DNA from: Tubiluchus corallicola | Lineage: Eukaryota > Animalia > Priapulida | Assembly: GCA_030141605.1 (NCBI GenBank) | Contig: JAQGDQ010000502.1 | Coordinates: 62,001 to 126,000 of the forward strand | Length of the DNA stretch: 64,000 nt | Direction of reading: 5' to 3' | Shown: positions 46,685 to 60,400 of the stretch, in pieces | Layout: every line of letters begins with the position of its first letter | Position numbering within the stretch: position 1 is the stretch's first letter | Translations under genes and position numbers: made by a program | The notes under the pieces: generated by a model | What the model was told of the DNA's origin: nothing | The model's input: only the letters and a program-made list of their open reading frames with translations | Database searches by the model: none

Positions 46685-49600
46685 TCAGTCCAACTTTGAC
46701 TGCAGCCGTCGTCGGAAAATCACCGGCAAAAGAGAGAGAACTGCGAAGATCGCCAGAAGTGCAACAGACTGCCGAGAGATGGCGTCCCGAGACGACGTGA
46801 GCTCGTGCAGTGTCGTGCCGCCCTGAATGGCAATGAAAGACGGTGGTGCCACACCTAGATTGATGACAAAAACAATACAAAACATCGAGATTATTATTTT
46901 GAAGTCATTCCATTGCTGAGCTCAGCCTGCTATCATTGATCAGTTTTCATAATTGATAGATTTTGATTACTGCTCGCTAACACACCGCAAACATGTCACT
47001 AACTACCAAGGTAAAATAATCTTTTACTATATTGGTTTTCATCAATAAAAATATCTATGTTGGTTAACACTAACCAGCTTTCAAAGGTGACGGATTTTAG
47101 TTAGTATTAGCTAACGCACCATAAACAATTTTACTAACCATCAAAGTAAAATAATTTCCCTATATTTTTCTGTATCAGTTCTCACCGTCAAAAACACACA
47201 TGTTACTGTGAAATTCAACATGATAAGACGTCAATAATTCAAAGCATAAACCTCTATTTTGAGGTTGATGCCTTCCCACTCTTCCAGTACATGTCCCCTT
47301 TCAGTAGTACCAAACCTACCATGACCCCCACCTTTATAAGCCTTGTGAAAATGCACTAATTTTTAATATCGCAGATACATTATTTTAAAATTTAAACGAT
47401 TAATCACAACAGAGACAGCAATAACAAAAAGATGTTTGTTATTGTTTAGTGATATTTATTAAACAAGGACTGATTTAGTCTTGTATTTTAATGAGAAGAG
47501 AGTATTTGCTTTTTTGATACAAGCAAATCAATACGCGGGTCTGTGTGGCTCAAGGCACATTGCATGTCTGCTTCACCATCCAACCTGTTTGGGCCTTTGA
47601 ATTGATTACCAGGATAGTCAAGAAACCACTTTCACAGAAGAAAGTCAATGAGAAACGAATGAGAACCGTTCTGCAGAAACGAATGTACACAGTTTGACCC
47701 TCCATGACCCTCAGAAAAAGGCTCATGACCCTTTTGGGGTCACGACCCATAGTTTGGGAACCACTGCTCTATAGTCTCCAAACTACCTGTGATAATGACC
47801 CAAATGGCAATTCAGGTTGTCTTCTCAAGACAAATGGCCTAATTGTTTCATACAATACAAAGATTTCCCATTAAATGGTGGGTTAACACTACTAAATAAC
47901 AATATATAAAAATTTAATAATTTGAAAATTGTATTACGATTTTTAAACAAGTAATGCTATACATTAAATGCGAAAGAACAAAAATTTACCCAAAAACGTT
48001 CCAAAAAAGAACGGCGCAAGAGGAACGTTGATGACAGGTGAAGTGATGTTGATAAACCAATTTGGCAGGAACGGAGTGATGCGGAGAAAAATAATGTAGT
48101 TGAGCAGGTGACGTCTATGATGTGCCACCTAAAAGTACAGAACTGGACATTGTTGAACAGGAAAAAACAAAAATTATCATGAATTTATATGACTCAGAGA
48201 TGCAAGCGTTCTGACTTTGAAGCTGCTTATTCCACAACAATAAGCCTATTCATAGTTCCAGCTACTGATGATGATCATGAAAACGTCAAAGGTTAAGTAT
48301 ACCAGACAACACATTTGTGTACACTTTTTAATGCCTTGCAGCCTAAGCCATTGTAATAGTAATAGAGCTTTATCTAGTTTATTTTTTCTTGTTCTCAAGC
48401 AAGATCCTGCTAGTAAATCACTCTACGCACACACTAATGCATAATTAAGTAAATTCAACTGAAGTTACTGAACTGATGCGACAGACGGCTTCGCATTACC
48501 CACATGTCACGTGACGCTTGTAGTTAGGGCACGTTGCTGAGGTACACTTAACCTTTGACCTACAGCAACTGCGCGTGCGCACAACGAAACTGTGAAAAGG
48601 CTTATTGCCATTTCTGTATGCATGTATCAAGCAAAGTTTGCAATCACATAAAATGGTATGAAGGTGCAAGTCATTTAATTTATTGACACTCAAAACATGT
48701 ACCTTTTTACTAGGAACCTGCAAAAGACATGTTTGAAATCATAGGATTGTCACTTGTCAGAACAGGATATGTTTAACATAATCATTATGTTAATTCTGAT
48801 TTTATAACATAATCTTGGAGAAAGAGTTTAACTAATAATACTAACAGGATATCGTCTTTATCAAGATGCTCAAGCTCGCAGGCAACCCAGAGAATTAAAA
48901 ACAGCATTTTTGTGACTATATATAAATAATACGTACGCGCTTGAAAATATTACAACAATTTTGAGTTAGTAAGACACAACTGCGGAATGCAAATAAATCA
49001 AGCAGAGACTAGAAATTTGTGAACTCAATACATGCATAACTGTCAACAGTGAGTTATACTACATGCCAGGGCAATTTCACTTGATTCACACAACAGTTTG
49101 CAAATCACGATCATAATTTTTTGAAATCAACGATCTCCTAAACAGCATCAGCATTACTAACACACCTCTTCTGTAGTAGCGGTTTGTCAAAATCAAACAA
49201 AATTTATTGCCAATGTGAAGATTTACTACTTTTTGACACAAAAGACGTACAGCTAATTGAAGTTTCTCAAAGTGTTAAAAGAATTTAACGCTTCACACAG
49301 GCTATCGTCTAAATACGAAAAACATTATTTGTTTAGCACTTTAGCTAGGATGGTGGGTTACAACGCAGTTACAAAAATTCAAAGCCTGGGTGTCTAACGT
49401 ACCTTTTGCTGCCACTGTGAAGCTCTTTCTGGTAGATACTTCAGGACAAGACGCCTTCCGGCCAGGTAGGACAGAAGGTAGCAGAAAGATGCTCCCAATG
49501 CTGAACACTGAAACAATCACGTAACGCATGTCAAGAACAGACAGTCAGAAAAATCTCATGCATAATGCATTAAAGGAAAGCCAGACGACTGATTTATTTA

Positions 49601-52600
49601 CGTCCAAAATATACATTTTCTTGCCCATAAAAGTTAGCAATTGTATTTTAATATGTTAGCCTTCTTATATGCGAATAATAAGCTTTGAAAGTTAAGTAAG
49701 TGTAACCGCTATCGCTTATGTGACAAACTAACCACAATTTACACAAAGGTAGGCATCTCCTTGCGAATCCAGCACGTATGTGTTAGCAAAGATTGCATTA
49801 AGACGTTGATGTGACGTCACAAAAATATATCACAGATGAATACTGCAGTTCATGGTCATGCTTATCAAGGTATCGCGCGCCAATCTGCCAGCCACGCAAA
49901 TGTAACAAAAAGGTCCCATTGCCAGTCTTAGGCGATTTCGCGCATAGCTTTGAAAGATTAACAAAATTTAACTATCCGAGATAATTATTATTTAATCTAA
50001 GCTTTGATTTAAAAACAGCTATTGCAATTTTCAATATTTTAGAACATACTTTATTTTGAACTAAGGTCTACACAATCGTACGGTTTTCCTTTAAGAAGGA
50101 TTCAAGTGGAAAAATATGATACCAGAGCACAGTATTTGCTTAACCAAGAACAACTAGAACAAGAACTGTTGAAAGTAAACTTACAATAACTTTAAAGCAT
50201 CAAGTGTCTGAGCTTTTTAATAAAAATTTTAGCAACGTTGACAAAAAGTTAGTTCATAATCGCTTTACGGCATAAAAACTAGCAATAATGTTAGGCATAC
50301 TATCAAACTAAACTAATAACAATCTGTTAGTTTGATCAAACAAACAAGACAGACAAACTTGTTAGTTCAAAACAACACTTATTTATACTTACAAAGCACA
50401 CTAGCAGCAGAGCTAATGGAAACGGGAAAAGAAACCCGGATAAAATGCTGAGAAAAATAGATCCTGGAATGGCAAATGACTGCAAGCTGTGCAGAAATGC
50501 ATGTTAAGCAAAAGTTCTAAAGATTCCATAATACTCAGAAACAAATCTTACAGTCAAACTAAACCCTCACTATAATATAATCTTAACAACTTAAAATCCT
50601 ACTCTTATTACAAATAGTCAATACTTACTGTAAAACTTGTTTCTTTTGAATTTTTATCACTTTGTTATTAGCAGTATTAAATTTGAAAAACCGCCATTTT
50701 CTTTGTACAAAACAAATGCGATTATGAGTGCAGTCACAAAGTAACCAAAGATAGGTACACAAACATCGGTAATCAAAGACGCTTTCTGTACTTCGTATGT
50801 CATTCTCGTTTACTCGTACCAAAGACATGAAACATGATGATCTTTAATTAATAAGTCTCTTTCGTTTAATAATAACTATGAATTCTTTGTGTAACCATAA
50901 TAATGCGTTAAAAAACTTTTCTGCCAGTTGGGTTATATAGGCCTTTAATTATACAAAAAACTCTGATTCACTCCAAACAGTGTTCTTAATTCCATTAAGC
51001 TGTCACTTGTTTTAAAGCCCGGGATTTTATTTTTTCAATCAGGGTAACTTTCGGGCCTATATTCGAACGAACGTTTAATCAAACACGATCCCAAAAACGG
51101 ATAGATACAGTACCACGTGTACCGTATTTTCCCGTGTATAAGAGACCCTTTTTTGCTCAGAATTTTCACTTTAAAAATAGGGGGTCTCTTATACATGGGA
51201 GTAAGTCTTTTCAATAAGATGCATAAATTGTGACACTAATGATTTTAAAGAAATAAGTGCTCTACAACTGTTTTATTTCGAATAATTATAGTTTCCTTTC
51301 AATAAATCTTCTACACGGCTAAATTCTAATGATAAAATTAAAATTAAAAATATAATATATTTTTTTAAATGTCTCTTTGGTATTGGAGAGAAATCGATTG
51401 TTCTGCAGCCAATCAAAAACTCGGTTGGCTGTCATTCCCGGTGGATTAACCAGCCAGTTGCAACCCCTTGATGTCTCCATCAACAAACCTTTCAAGAATC
51501 TGATGCGAGAGGAGTGGACGAAGTGGATGCAAGATGCCGACTCCAATCTGACACCAACTGGCAAGGTAAGAAAGCCAACCCTTGGAGAAGTCTGCAGCTG
51601 GGTCCTCAAGGCATGGAATGGTGTAAAGCCAGAGGTCATTATTAAATCTTTCAAGAAGCGTGGCATCTCCAATGCCATGGACGACACAGAGGACAATGCC
51701 ATTTTTGAGCAGAGTGACTCCTCTGATGATGAACTGGCTGGAATTGCTGAAGGTCTGACTCCAGTTGACATTTTTGATGAGAGTGATGAGGAATTTAATG
51801 ATTTCTATGATGAATAAAGTTATTCATTACCAAAAAACTTTTTTCCAGAATTTTTGCCTAAAAATTGAAGGGGTCTCTTATACACAAGGGTCTCTTATAC
51901 ATGGGAAAATACGGTAATTTTAAGACTATTAGTCAATCTAGACAAACACAGTCAAGCTTGTATTTATTCCAGCCACTGTACATCAGGTATATAGCATTTA
52001 ATTTCCATCAGGTTACATTTATATATTTCAATGATTGATTATTAAAACTTGAACACATATTTTAGTAATATAAAATCATAATTGGTAATTATATCTTAAA
52101 ATATGCCAAGGAAACCATTTACAAAAGCCACTAAATAAATTCTGTCTTCAAGAATTGCATTTGTTTTGTACAATCTCCACATTTCAGCCATGATTGATAC
52201 TAAGTGCTTAGGTTTCAATCAATCGCTCCAGCAATACATATACAATACATCAACAAAATATTATTGAAACAAAAAGAAACAGTATAAGTAAAAAAACGTT
52301 GATGAAGTATGACACCGTGAAAGCCTGGCTTGTTAAGGTGGCACAAATGAGTGAATGAAAGAATGGTTAGGGTTAGTAGACATGGTGGAATGGAAAAAAT
52401 AGTAAGAAAGAAAAAAGGAGAAGAAGCGACCACAGTGTATGTTTAATTAACATAGAGGTATATTAAAATAGCATTATAATTGATTGGAGGCCATATATTG
52501 TGACTGCATGAGACATGGAACCATTAAAATTGTATTATAAGTATGAATCAAAAATGGTCCTTTTCAAGTACTTTTTGAAACTATAAATAGTTTTGTGTAT

Positions 52601-54417
52601 TTTTACTTGGGCACTTATTTTATTCCAGTTATTGGAGGCTGTGAATTTAATAAAGGTTTATAAAGGATACAATATGTACGTAAGAAAGTAGCCAGCGATG
52701 ACGTGATTGTAGTGTTCATCTCTGTACTGGAGAAGCACCGACCCCAGCACTTTTGCGTCATCGATGTTCTTTGGCAATTTTACTGCTTTTCGCTCTTCAC
52801 TGAAACATGTGAGAAGTTGAACCGAATATTCTTTACACATAAAGCAAAACTTTTGCCGATTTTTCATTATCAGTTACAAAATCGAAAATCATTAAAAGTA
52901 TTGCGGTCGACCACTACCAATATCACGACCACCAATCGTCACTATCACATTAGCATCTTCTGCACCACTGCCAGCAGCACAACCAACAGCATTAGTTAGC
53001 ACTAACAGCATGACAATCACGCCAACACCACCACCACCACTACCACCAACTTATGACCAATTAATAGCAAAAACTATATTAATTTGCCTTAGAAATTTCT
53101 CTATAAACTTTGATACAATTTCATTACAGGGCTGTACTTCATTTTACTGCAACTAAATTTTGGCTTAAGTAAGATATTCACGTATCTTAACCTTAAAAAC
53201 TCCAGAAAACAACTTTCACCATAAAAACTTCACTTCTTTAAAAATAAAAAGGCAGTCCAAAAAATGTAATATTTAAATTCTAATAAATTTCATAAGCTGA
53301 GTCAACTTCAACAAAATTCATTGGGATTTAATTGATGCGACGGAATCATTGAATCATTTTTAAATGGAATAAACCTGCCTTATACAATTCACAACTTCTT
53401 GACCGAATTCGCTAAATTATTTGTCTTAATTAGCAACCAAATACGTAAAAACAATTAAACATAAGAGAAATTGTTACTTACTCTGTAAGATTTGGGAGAA
53501 ACTTCATATACACATAACAGAGTGCGCATACAGCAAGAATGAAGATGATTCCAAGAATGAGAAAATTCCAGCGTGTGCTCTCTCTTTGTGCCCTCATCAC
53601 CTTCAGCCGTGTAACTGTTTTGTCATCTGTAGAAAACAAGTGCACTCATGTCCACTTCAGCATAATTACGTTATCACATTGTAACTGTTGTACGTCAAAT
53701 CAAGAAGCAAAGCTTGTAAGACCACACAAAAAGTGGAGAAAAAAACTGCTTAATTGACAAGAGAAAAAATTATAGAAAAACAGGGAATAGTTAAGAGAAA
53801 ATAATAGACAAAGATAAAGAGAAGAGAAATGAAATACAAACAGAGTTCAGCACAGATGCAATTCAAAAGTATGAAAATATAAACTGTATTAAGAGTAAGT
53901 TAAGCGTATATAGAGCAAATAAACTAGTTCTTTTCAAGTCCAGTTGTATTAAGTCATTGCCTGATTCTATAATCCCCTTTATGAGCAATATTCCCTTTAT
54001 GTAGTTTGCAGTAACTAGGTAATATTTTAATAACTAGAAATTTAAAGTCTAAAGAGCATATGTATCTTTTACTTTAAAGCCATGTTCGACTAGTCTTAGG
54101 CACCAAAGCAAAGACGTTAAATTGTAAAAAAGAAAACAAAACATGAAATATTCAATCTTACTTTCGTCTACAAAATCAGCAATACTTGAAAGTACGTTTT
54201 TAACACGAGCTCTTTCTTTGTCGTACTCAGCATTGTCGTAATTTCTTGGTAAATTATATATCTGCGGAAGCGGTGGACGTGGAGTAGCACCTAGAGGACT
54301 AGGTGGATATGTTTCGCGGAATTTCGATCTATTACGTGGTCCTTGCTCATTAGTTGAGGCGCTCTTACTGGCTGAACTTCTTGAATCACTTTTTTTGGAA
54401 GCCTCGGGCGCCGCCAT
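46685..54417 (-). CDS. TMEM41B: Transmembrane protein 41B (Stasimon, DedA/VTT family); exons 54417-54162, 53626-53482, 52799-52671, 50486-50393, 49507-49403, 48128-47990, 46854-46685
   Basis: Spliced product contains DDAKVLG..L..Y, YIFLQSFAIPGSIFLSILSGFLFPFPLAL, LGASFCYLLSYL, NYIIFLRITPFLPNWFINITSPVINVPL and GVAPPSF. Splice phases are consistent; the first exon is the least certain. Confidence 0.93.
48239..48606. mobile_element. MITE-like element with terminal inverted repeats in TMEM41B intron 5
   Basis: Begins AATAAGCCTATTCATAGTTCC and ends GAAACTGTGAAAAGGCTTATT, with internal inverted GTCAAAGGTTAAGT.TACC / GGTACACTTAACCTTTGAC. Confidence 0.7.
50487..52670 (-). other. U12-type (minor spliceosome) intron 3 of TMEM41B
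   Basis: 5' splice site GTATCCTTT, a U12-like branch sequence TTTGCTTAAC ~20 nt before the AG, and no long polypyrimidine tract. Confidence 0.85.
51122..51914 (+). mobile_element. Internally deleted pogo/Tigger-family DNA transposon
   Basis: TIRs CCGTATTTTCCC.TGTATAAGAGACCCTT at both ends with TA TSD. The DDE C-terminal remnant IPGGLTSQLQPLDVSINKPFK...W..AW...IIKSFKK lies at ~51420-51817. Confidence 0.9.
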
Positions 54418-54467
54418 TTCAAATGTAATGAGCGCGTCTCATAAATTCACGCGTGAAAACATTAAAC

Positions 54468-57400
54468 ATGTCAGCACCCATAAAAATTGGATCTTTAGTT
54501 GTATTTCTTGTATATTTTGCTTGTTTTAGTCCTGCAGTTGAGGCAGCACGTGGTAGCAATATCTTGTACAGCGACTTGGCCACTTACAGGTATTTTGACT
54601 TTGCTTAAAAGTTAGTTGGTAGTTAGCTTCATCAAATTAAGTCTTCAATTCAATTTTCAATTCAATTATTTATTATCTCCGTTAGAACGATAAAAATACA
54701 GTATAAAGAATACATGGAATATTTTGAAGCAAAGGAGAAGGGCAGCGAAGAACCCGTAGGTTATCAAGTCAGCCACCCTTAAATAGTTATGATTAAATAA
54801 ACTTAATTATGGCGTCGTTATCAATTTAAATTTGTATTCGGTTGATGTGTGTTAATTTGGCAATTGAATGATAGGTATCGTAATACTGTAGAACATATAG
54901 TTTAAATAACGAAAGATTTACAATTCTAAAATACTATGAATCATGCGAAGCAAACACAATAAAAATAACTTGAGATTTTTAAGATAACAGAATATGCATA
55001 ATTTGAGCATTAACTAAAAAATCCGGCAAAAAAACAAAAAACAGTAGAATGATCAACCAAAGCTGTCGAGAAAAAAATATAATAGATTAAACCAAGGAAA
55101 AATAAGGCAAATATAAGTCATACAAAACAAAACAAGAAACAGAAGCAAATAAGAAAAACAAAACTGAAATGTTGTAATAATAACATCAATGACTGAATTT
55201 GTTGAGAAAGAAAATATAATAAATTAAACCATCGAAAAACTATTTCAACTGTAAATCAGACAAAATGAAATCAAAATATAACAAAAACTTAAACAAAATC
55301 TTTAAGTGTCGTAGCAATGAAAAAAATATGTATAGTATTACAAGTATATAAGCAAAATGTCTCATTTATTTGTATCCTGCAATAAGTTGTTTTTTATAGT
55401 TTAAAATTAACTTTTTGTAGTTACTGGACTTTAACTGGTCTGGTAATGAATTCCACAGCAAAGATCCTTGGTGTTTTAAAGAATTCTGGCCTTTAGATGA
55501 GTTAAATCTTTCAATAAAATAAGATTGGGTTGTAGCAAACCTAGTAGAGTGGTGATGCATGTGACATGCTAAAGTATAATAATTGCTGAAGAGATCTGGA
55601 AGTGAATTATTTTTGAATTTATGTACAAACTTGAGCAATTCTAATTTATACAGATCATGAACTTTTAGTAGATTTAGTTGCAAATACAAAGGTGTTACAT
55701 GTTCCCTTTTGCTAGTAAATGTTATAAGTTTGATAATCTTGTTTTGTTTAGAAACCAATGATTTTAAGACCGATGCTGAAGCACTACCCCAGGCGAGAAT
55801 GCCATAACTCAGATATGGCATGACAAGAGAAGAATATAAGAGCCGTAGTGCATCTACATTTATGTAGTGTCGTATTCTAGCTAATACTCCACTTAATTTG
55901 CTAATTTTGTTGACTATATGCTGAACATGTGTTTTCCAAGTAATTCTACTATCTATAAATATACCAAGATATTTGATTTCTTGTGTAGATTGAATAGTAC
56001 AACCTCCCATATTTATGTTTAAACTATTGTTATGTTGCTTGTTTCCAATTAACATATATTTTGTTTTTTTATAATTTATCGATAGCTTATTTGCTTGCAT
56101 CCATTTATTAATATTGTCCAGTTCCACATTTACTGAATGTTCTAATGTTTTGATATTTTGGTGTGATAAAAATAAGTTTGTATCGTCTGCAAACAATCTG
56201 GTGTTAAATTGCGAATAAGATGGCAGATCATTAATATATAAAAGAAATAACAATGGACCCAATGTAGAACCCTGTGGGACACCACAGGTTATATCAGCAA
56301 GTTTAGACTCTGATGAGTCAATAGACGTAAACTGTTTCCTATTAGTAAGGTAAGACGTGAAAAGCGCAAGAGGACGTCCCCTGATACCATAGTATGATAA
56401 CTTATATAACAAAATGTCACGTTGTACTGTGTCGAATGCTTTCGATAAATCTAAAAATATAGCACAAGTAGTTTTCCCCTTATCAATATTCGCAAGGAAG
56501 TTTTCAATTATTTCTGACACAGCTAAAGATGTAGAATGATTTTTTCTGAATCCAAATTGGAATTTAGTTAAAATTTGTTCTTTTAAAAGAAATTTAGCTA
56601 GCCTAGAGTAAATTAATTTTTCAAAAATCTTTGATATGGGAGATAAGAGAGATATTGGCCTATAATTAGTGGGATTAATGGGAGAATCAGATTTGTAAAT
56701 CGGGATTATTTTTGCAATTTTCAACACGTCAGGATAGATACCCTCTTCTACACATTTATTGAACAGCATAGTTAATAATGGAGTAATAATGGACTGTGAA
56801 ATTTTAAAAAACTGATTCGAGATGTTTTCGGGTCCTGCTGATTTATTGGTTTTCAATGCAGCAATAGCAGAAGAAACTTCGTACTCGATAATTGGCGCAA
56901 AAAAGAAGGAGTTCTGATTAGGCATTCTAAGGAAAGAATCAAATGTTATTGGAGTAGGTGGTACCTTTTTTACCATATCAGAACCAACCGATGCAAAATA
57001 ATTATTCATGAATTCACAGATAGCAGGGGGTTCCGTAATCTGAGCATGATTTATTACTAGTTTGGTTGGAGTTATGCGCTGCTTGTTTTGTCCATTGATC
57101 AAATCATTCAATGTTGCCCAAGTCTTTCTAATATTAGTTTTATTATCATGTAGTAAAGTACAATAATAATTTCTTTTGGCTAAATTTATGAGATGATTAA
57201 GTTTATTAGAAAATTGTTTATATTGATTAATTTTTAAGATACTAGTTGTAGTCTTACAGTCCTTGTATAATCTACTTTTAGTTTTATTGACACAAGAATA
57301 CCTTTAGTTAACCATGGCTTGGAGAAAGTTACTTTTTCAGTTCTTGACAATGTCTTAAGTGGGGCATGTTTATTAAGAACTTCTTGATATATTTGGAAAA

Positions 57401-60400
57401 AGGTACAGAAGGCAGAATTAGTTGGCACCTCGGAAAAGTCAACAGCATCGATCTTATTTTGCAAATCCTCCAGAAATAAAATCATGTTAAAATTCCGTTT
57501 ATCCCTGATTTTAATTTTCTTTTTAACTATTAAGTTACCAATATTTTTAATAATAGCAAACACTGGTAGATGATCCGACACTTCATAAAGTATAATACCA
57601 GATATAATTGGATTAGATAGATTATTTGTATATATATGGTCAATAAGTGTCTGAGAATGGTGTGTTATTCGAGTTGGTCGTGTTACTAATGGAAAAAACT
57701 GATTAGAGTAAAGTAAATTCAAATAATCTGCAATAAATGTTTTTTCTTCTATTTGCATAAGATTTAGATTAATATCGCCACAGATATAACAAGTCTTTCC
57801 TGACTTGTTAATGGCTGATAATATAGAGTCCATCTCGCTGTGAAAATGATGGACATTGATATTTGGGTGTCGATAGATCACTCCAAATGTGATTGGTTTC
57901 TTTTTACCAGGTACTTCAACATCAAGCCACATATCCTCAACTTGTATACATGATTTTTGAGTAATGCTATTACCATTCTTACTAGTAGTTACTATTTCTG
58001 TATCACAATTAATTTTGTACTCATCTTTTACTGTATACCTCAAGCCCGATTTAAGATAAATAGCTACGCCACCTGCGCAAGTTTTAGAATCAACATGCAA
58101 GAAAGTATAGTTAGGTAAACTCGTTATAAAAGATTGATTAATTTCGTTCAATCTTGTTTCCGATATTCCAATAATATCAGGAGGAACAGTAAAGTGCATG
58201 AGTACATCTAGCATATTAGAAAATCTCTTCTGAATACTATTGAGATTAAAATGTACTATTAATAAATCATTGTTAGACTTTTTTAGATCAGAATTTGTCT
58301 CTAGTGCATGCAAACTATAGTATTTACTATCAAACCTGGTAAGATGTGCATCAGGATCAGCATCATCCCATTTTGGTTTTGCAAGTGAAGGAAAATCAAG
58401 TAAAGAAGACAGACAGTATACATTTGTTAGATTTGAAAACAATTCGCATAATTCAGCATCATCAATACACTGAAAAGGCAAAGATTCATGTGTACATTTT
58501 AAACAAAAGTAATTATCAGAAGACAGAGCATAGTGATTAAATTCATTCACACTCAACATGGTACACTTGAGGTGTACCCACATGTTACAAACGTCACAAC
58601 AGATACATTTTTGGTTATTTTTACAAGGTTTACAACAGGTTACACATGGAAATTTTTCCAATAATTAATTATGCTAGAATATAAATTTTGTGATGCAATA
58701 ACACCTTGTATTGAGTTTTAAAGTTTACCTAGGTCCTCCTCACATTGAATTTCAATGACTTGGCTTGAATCATCTCTTCGCAAGAACATTTTCCGGTATT
58801 TTGTCCAGCAGTACTTCATTTTGTGGTCCTTAGCATAGTCCCTACATTGTTTGTGTAGTTTTCTCCTTGTTGAAGTCAAGGATTCGTTTATGTAGATGCG
58901 GTTATCAGTATACGATGCATAGTCAAGATTTTTAGTGCTTCCGGCATTTCTTCTAGCACCATAAAGTTCATCCCGTTTGTCACGTCTTGCGAATTTTACA
59001 ATAATTCGTGGAGGCCCTCCATTTTTAGGTGCTGCCAATCTATGTGATGTACTAATATCTTGCGGGTGCACTTCCACTCCCATATTTCTGGCTACACTTA
59101 GCACTATGTCATTTGTAACTTCATGAGGAATTACAGGAATTCCAGCTATCTCCAATGTGTCTTTACGCTCATATTGTTCTAGTTTGTCTAGTTCACTTTC
59201 GGTAGTTTTTATTCTGTTTTGTAATGTTTTAACAGTAGTTTTCAGTACCTTGTTTTCGTCTCTCAAATGTTCCATGTCTTGTTGATATTTGTTCATTTGT
59301 TCTTGAAAACCATCAAATTTGTGGCTTAGAAAATCTTGCGATTTGGTTACCTCAGCAAGTTCTCCCATAAGGTCATCAATCCTCACAACTTTGCTACTAA
59401 TAAACGTCAGTTGCTTCTGGAAACCTTCTACAAATTTTTGAATGTCTGAAGTAGGCTGCACTTGTCCAGCTAAATTAGATGCTGAATCCAAGGTTATTTC
59501 CGCTGTATTACAAGCACTCATTTCTCTGTCACCTTGTTGTGTAGGCATCAGCTGCTCAGTTTGCTGACTAATCACTCTCGGATTCTTCTCGACCCGATTT
59601 AGGCATAAATCTTCAGACGTTTTGCTTGCCTGGCGTGTCAATACTCCTACTCGTTTTGGCATTAGCCTTTGCAAAGTAAATTCTGATTAAATTAACTGCT
59701 ATTCCACTTATTTTAACAATTTTGTTAACTTTTGCGGTAATTTAAAAAAAAACACAACCGCCATGTACGACTACAGCGCCGTCCTTTAACAGTCTTGCTG
59801 TTAAAGGAAATTAACATAAATATTGTTAAATCTGTAAATACTGCCCGCTTGTGTTACGTGTTATGTGTGGTAATTGTATGCAAACATTTCATTAGTGTGT
59901 TTTTTATTGACTGAAACTCTTGATGGCTACACAGTCATTATGTGTCTGTCTCAACCACATATAGCAGAAGATCACGGTTCAAATCTAGCCTGTATTCCAA
60001 CTTTTTTGCATTTTTGGTTTTCAAGTTTGATTTCAAAATCAATTGATTCTCCCACCATTATAGTACCCTCATAGTGATGAACGAGATACATCATCTTATG
60101 CAAATTTAATAATTTATATTTTGTAGTAAAAATCACACATATTGCATATTTTGTTGTGTTGTGGAAGCCATGAGTAATACATGATGCGTAGACTGTAAAG
60201 GCTGTGAACAAATACATTGTGAATCTTGCAAGCTGCAAACTTGTGTTCTCTTAAACTTTTAAATTTACTTTTATTTAGAGATCGGGTGAAGCACATGTTC
60301 AGTCATGCCTATGATAGTTACATTCATAATGCTTACCCGTATGATGAGCTGCGACCATTATCTTGTGACGGATTTGATACATGGGGAAGGTAATGTATTG

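Larger units (their letters stand above)
54646..59790 (-). mobile_element. Full-length CR1/L2-group (Crack/Daphne-like) LINE, antisense in EDEM2 intron 1
   Basis: ORF1 plus a PHD-APE-RT ORF2, a long 3' UTR ending AATAAATAATTGAATTGAAAATTGAATTG (minus strand), and a candidate TSD AGTCTT at 54640-54645 and 59791-59796. Confidence 0.88.
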
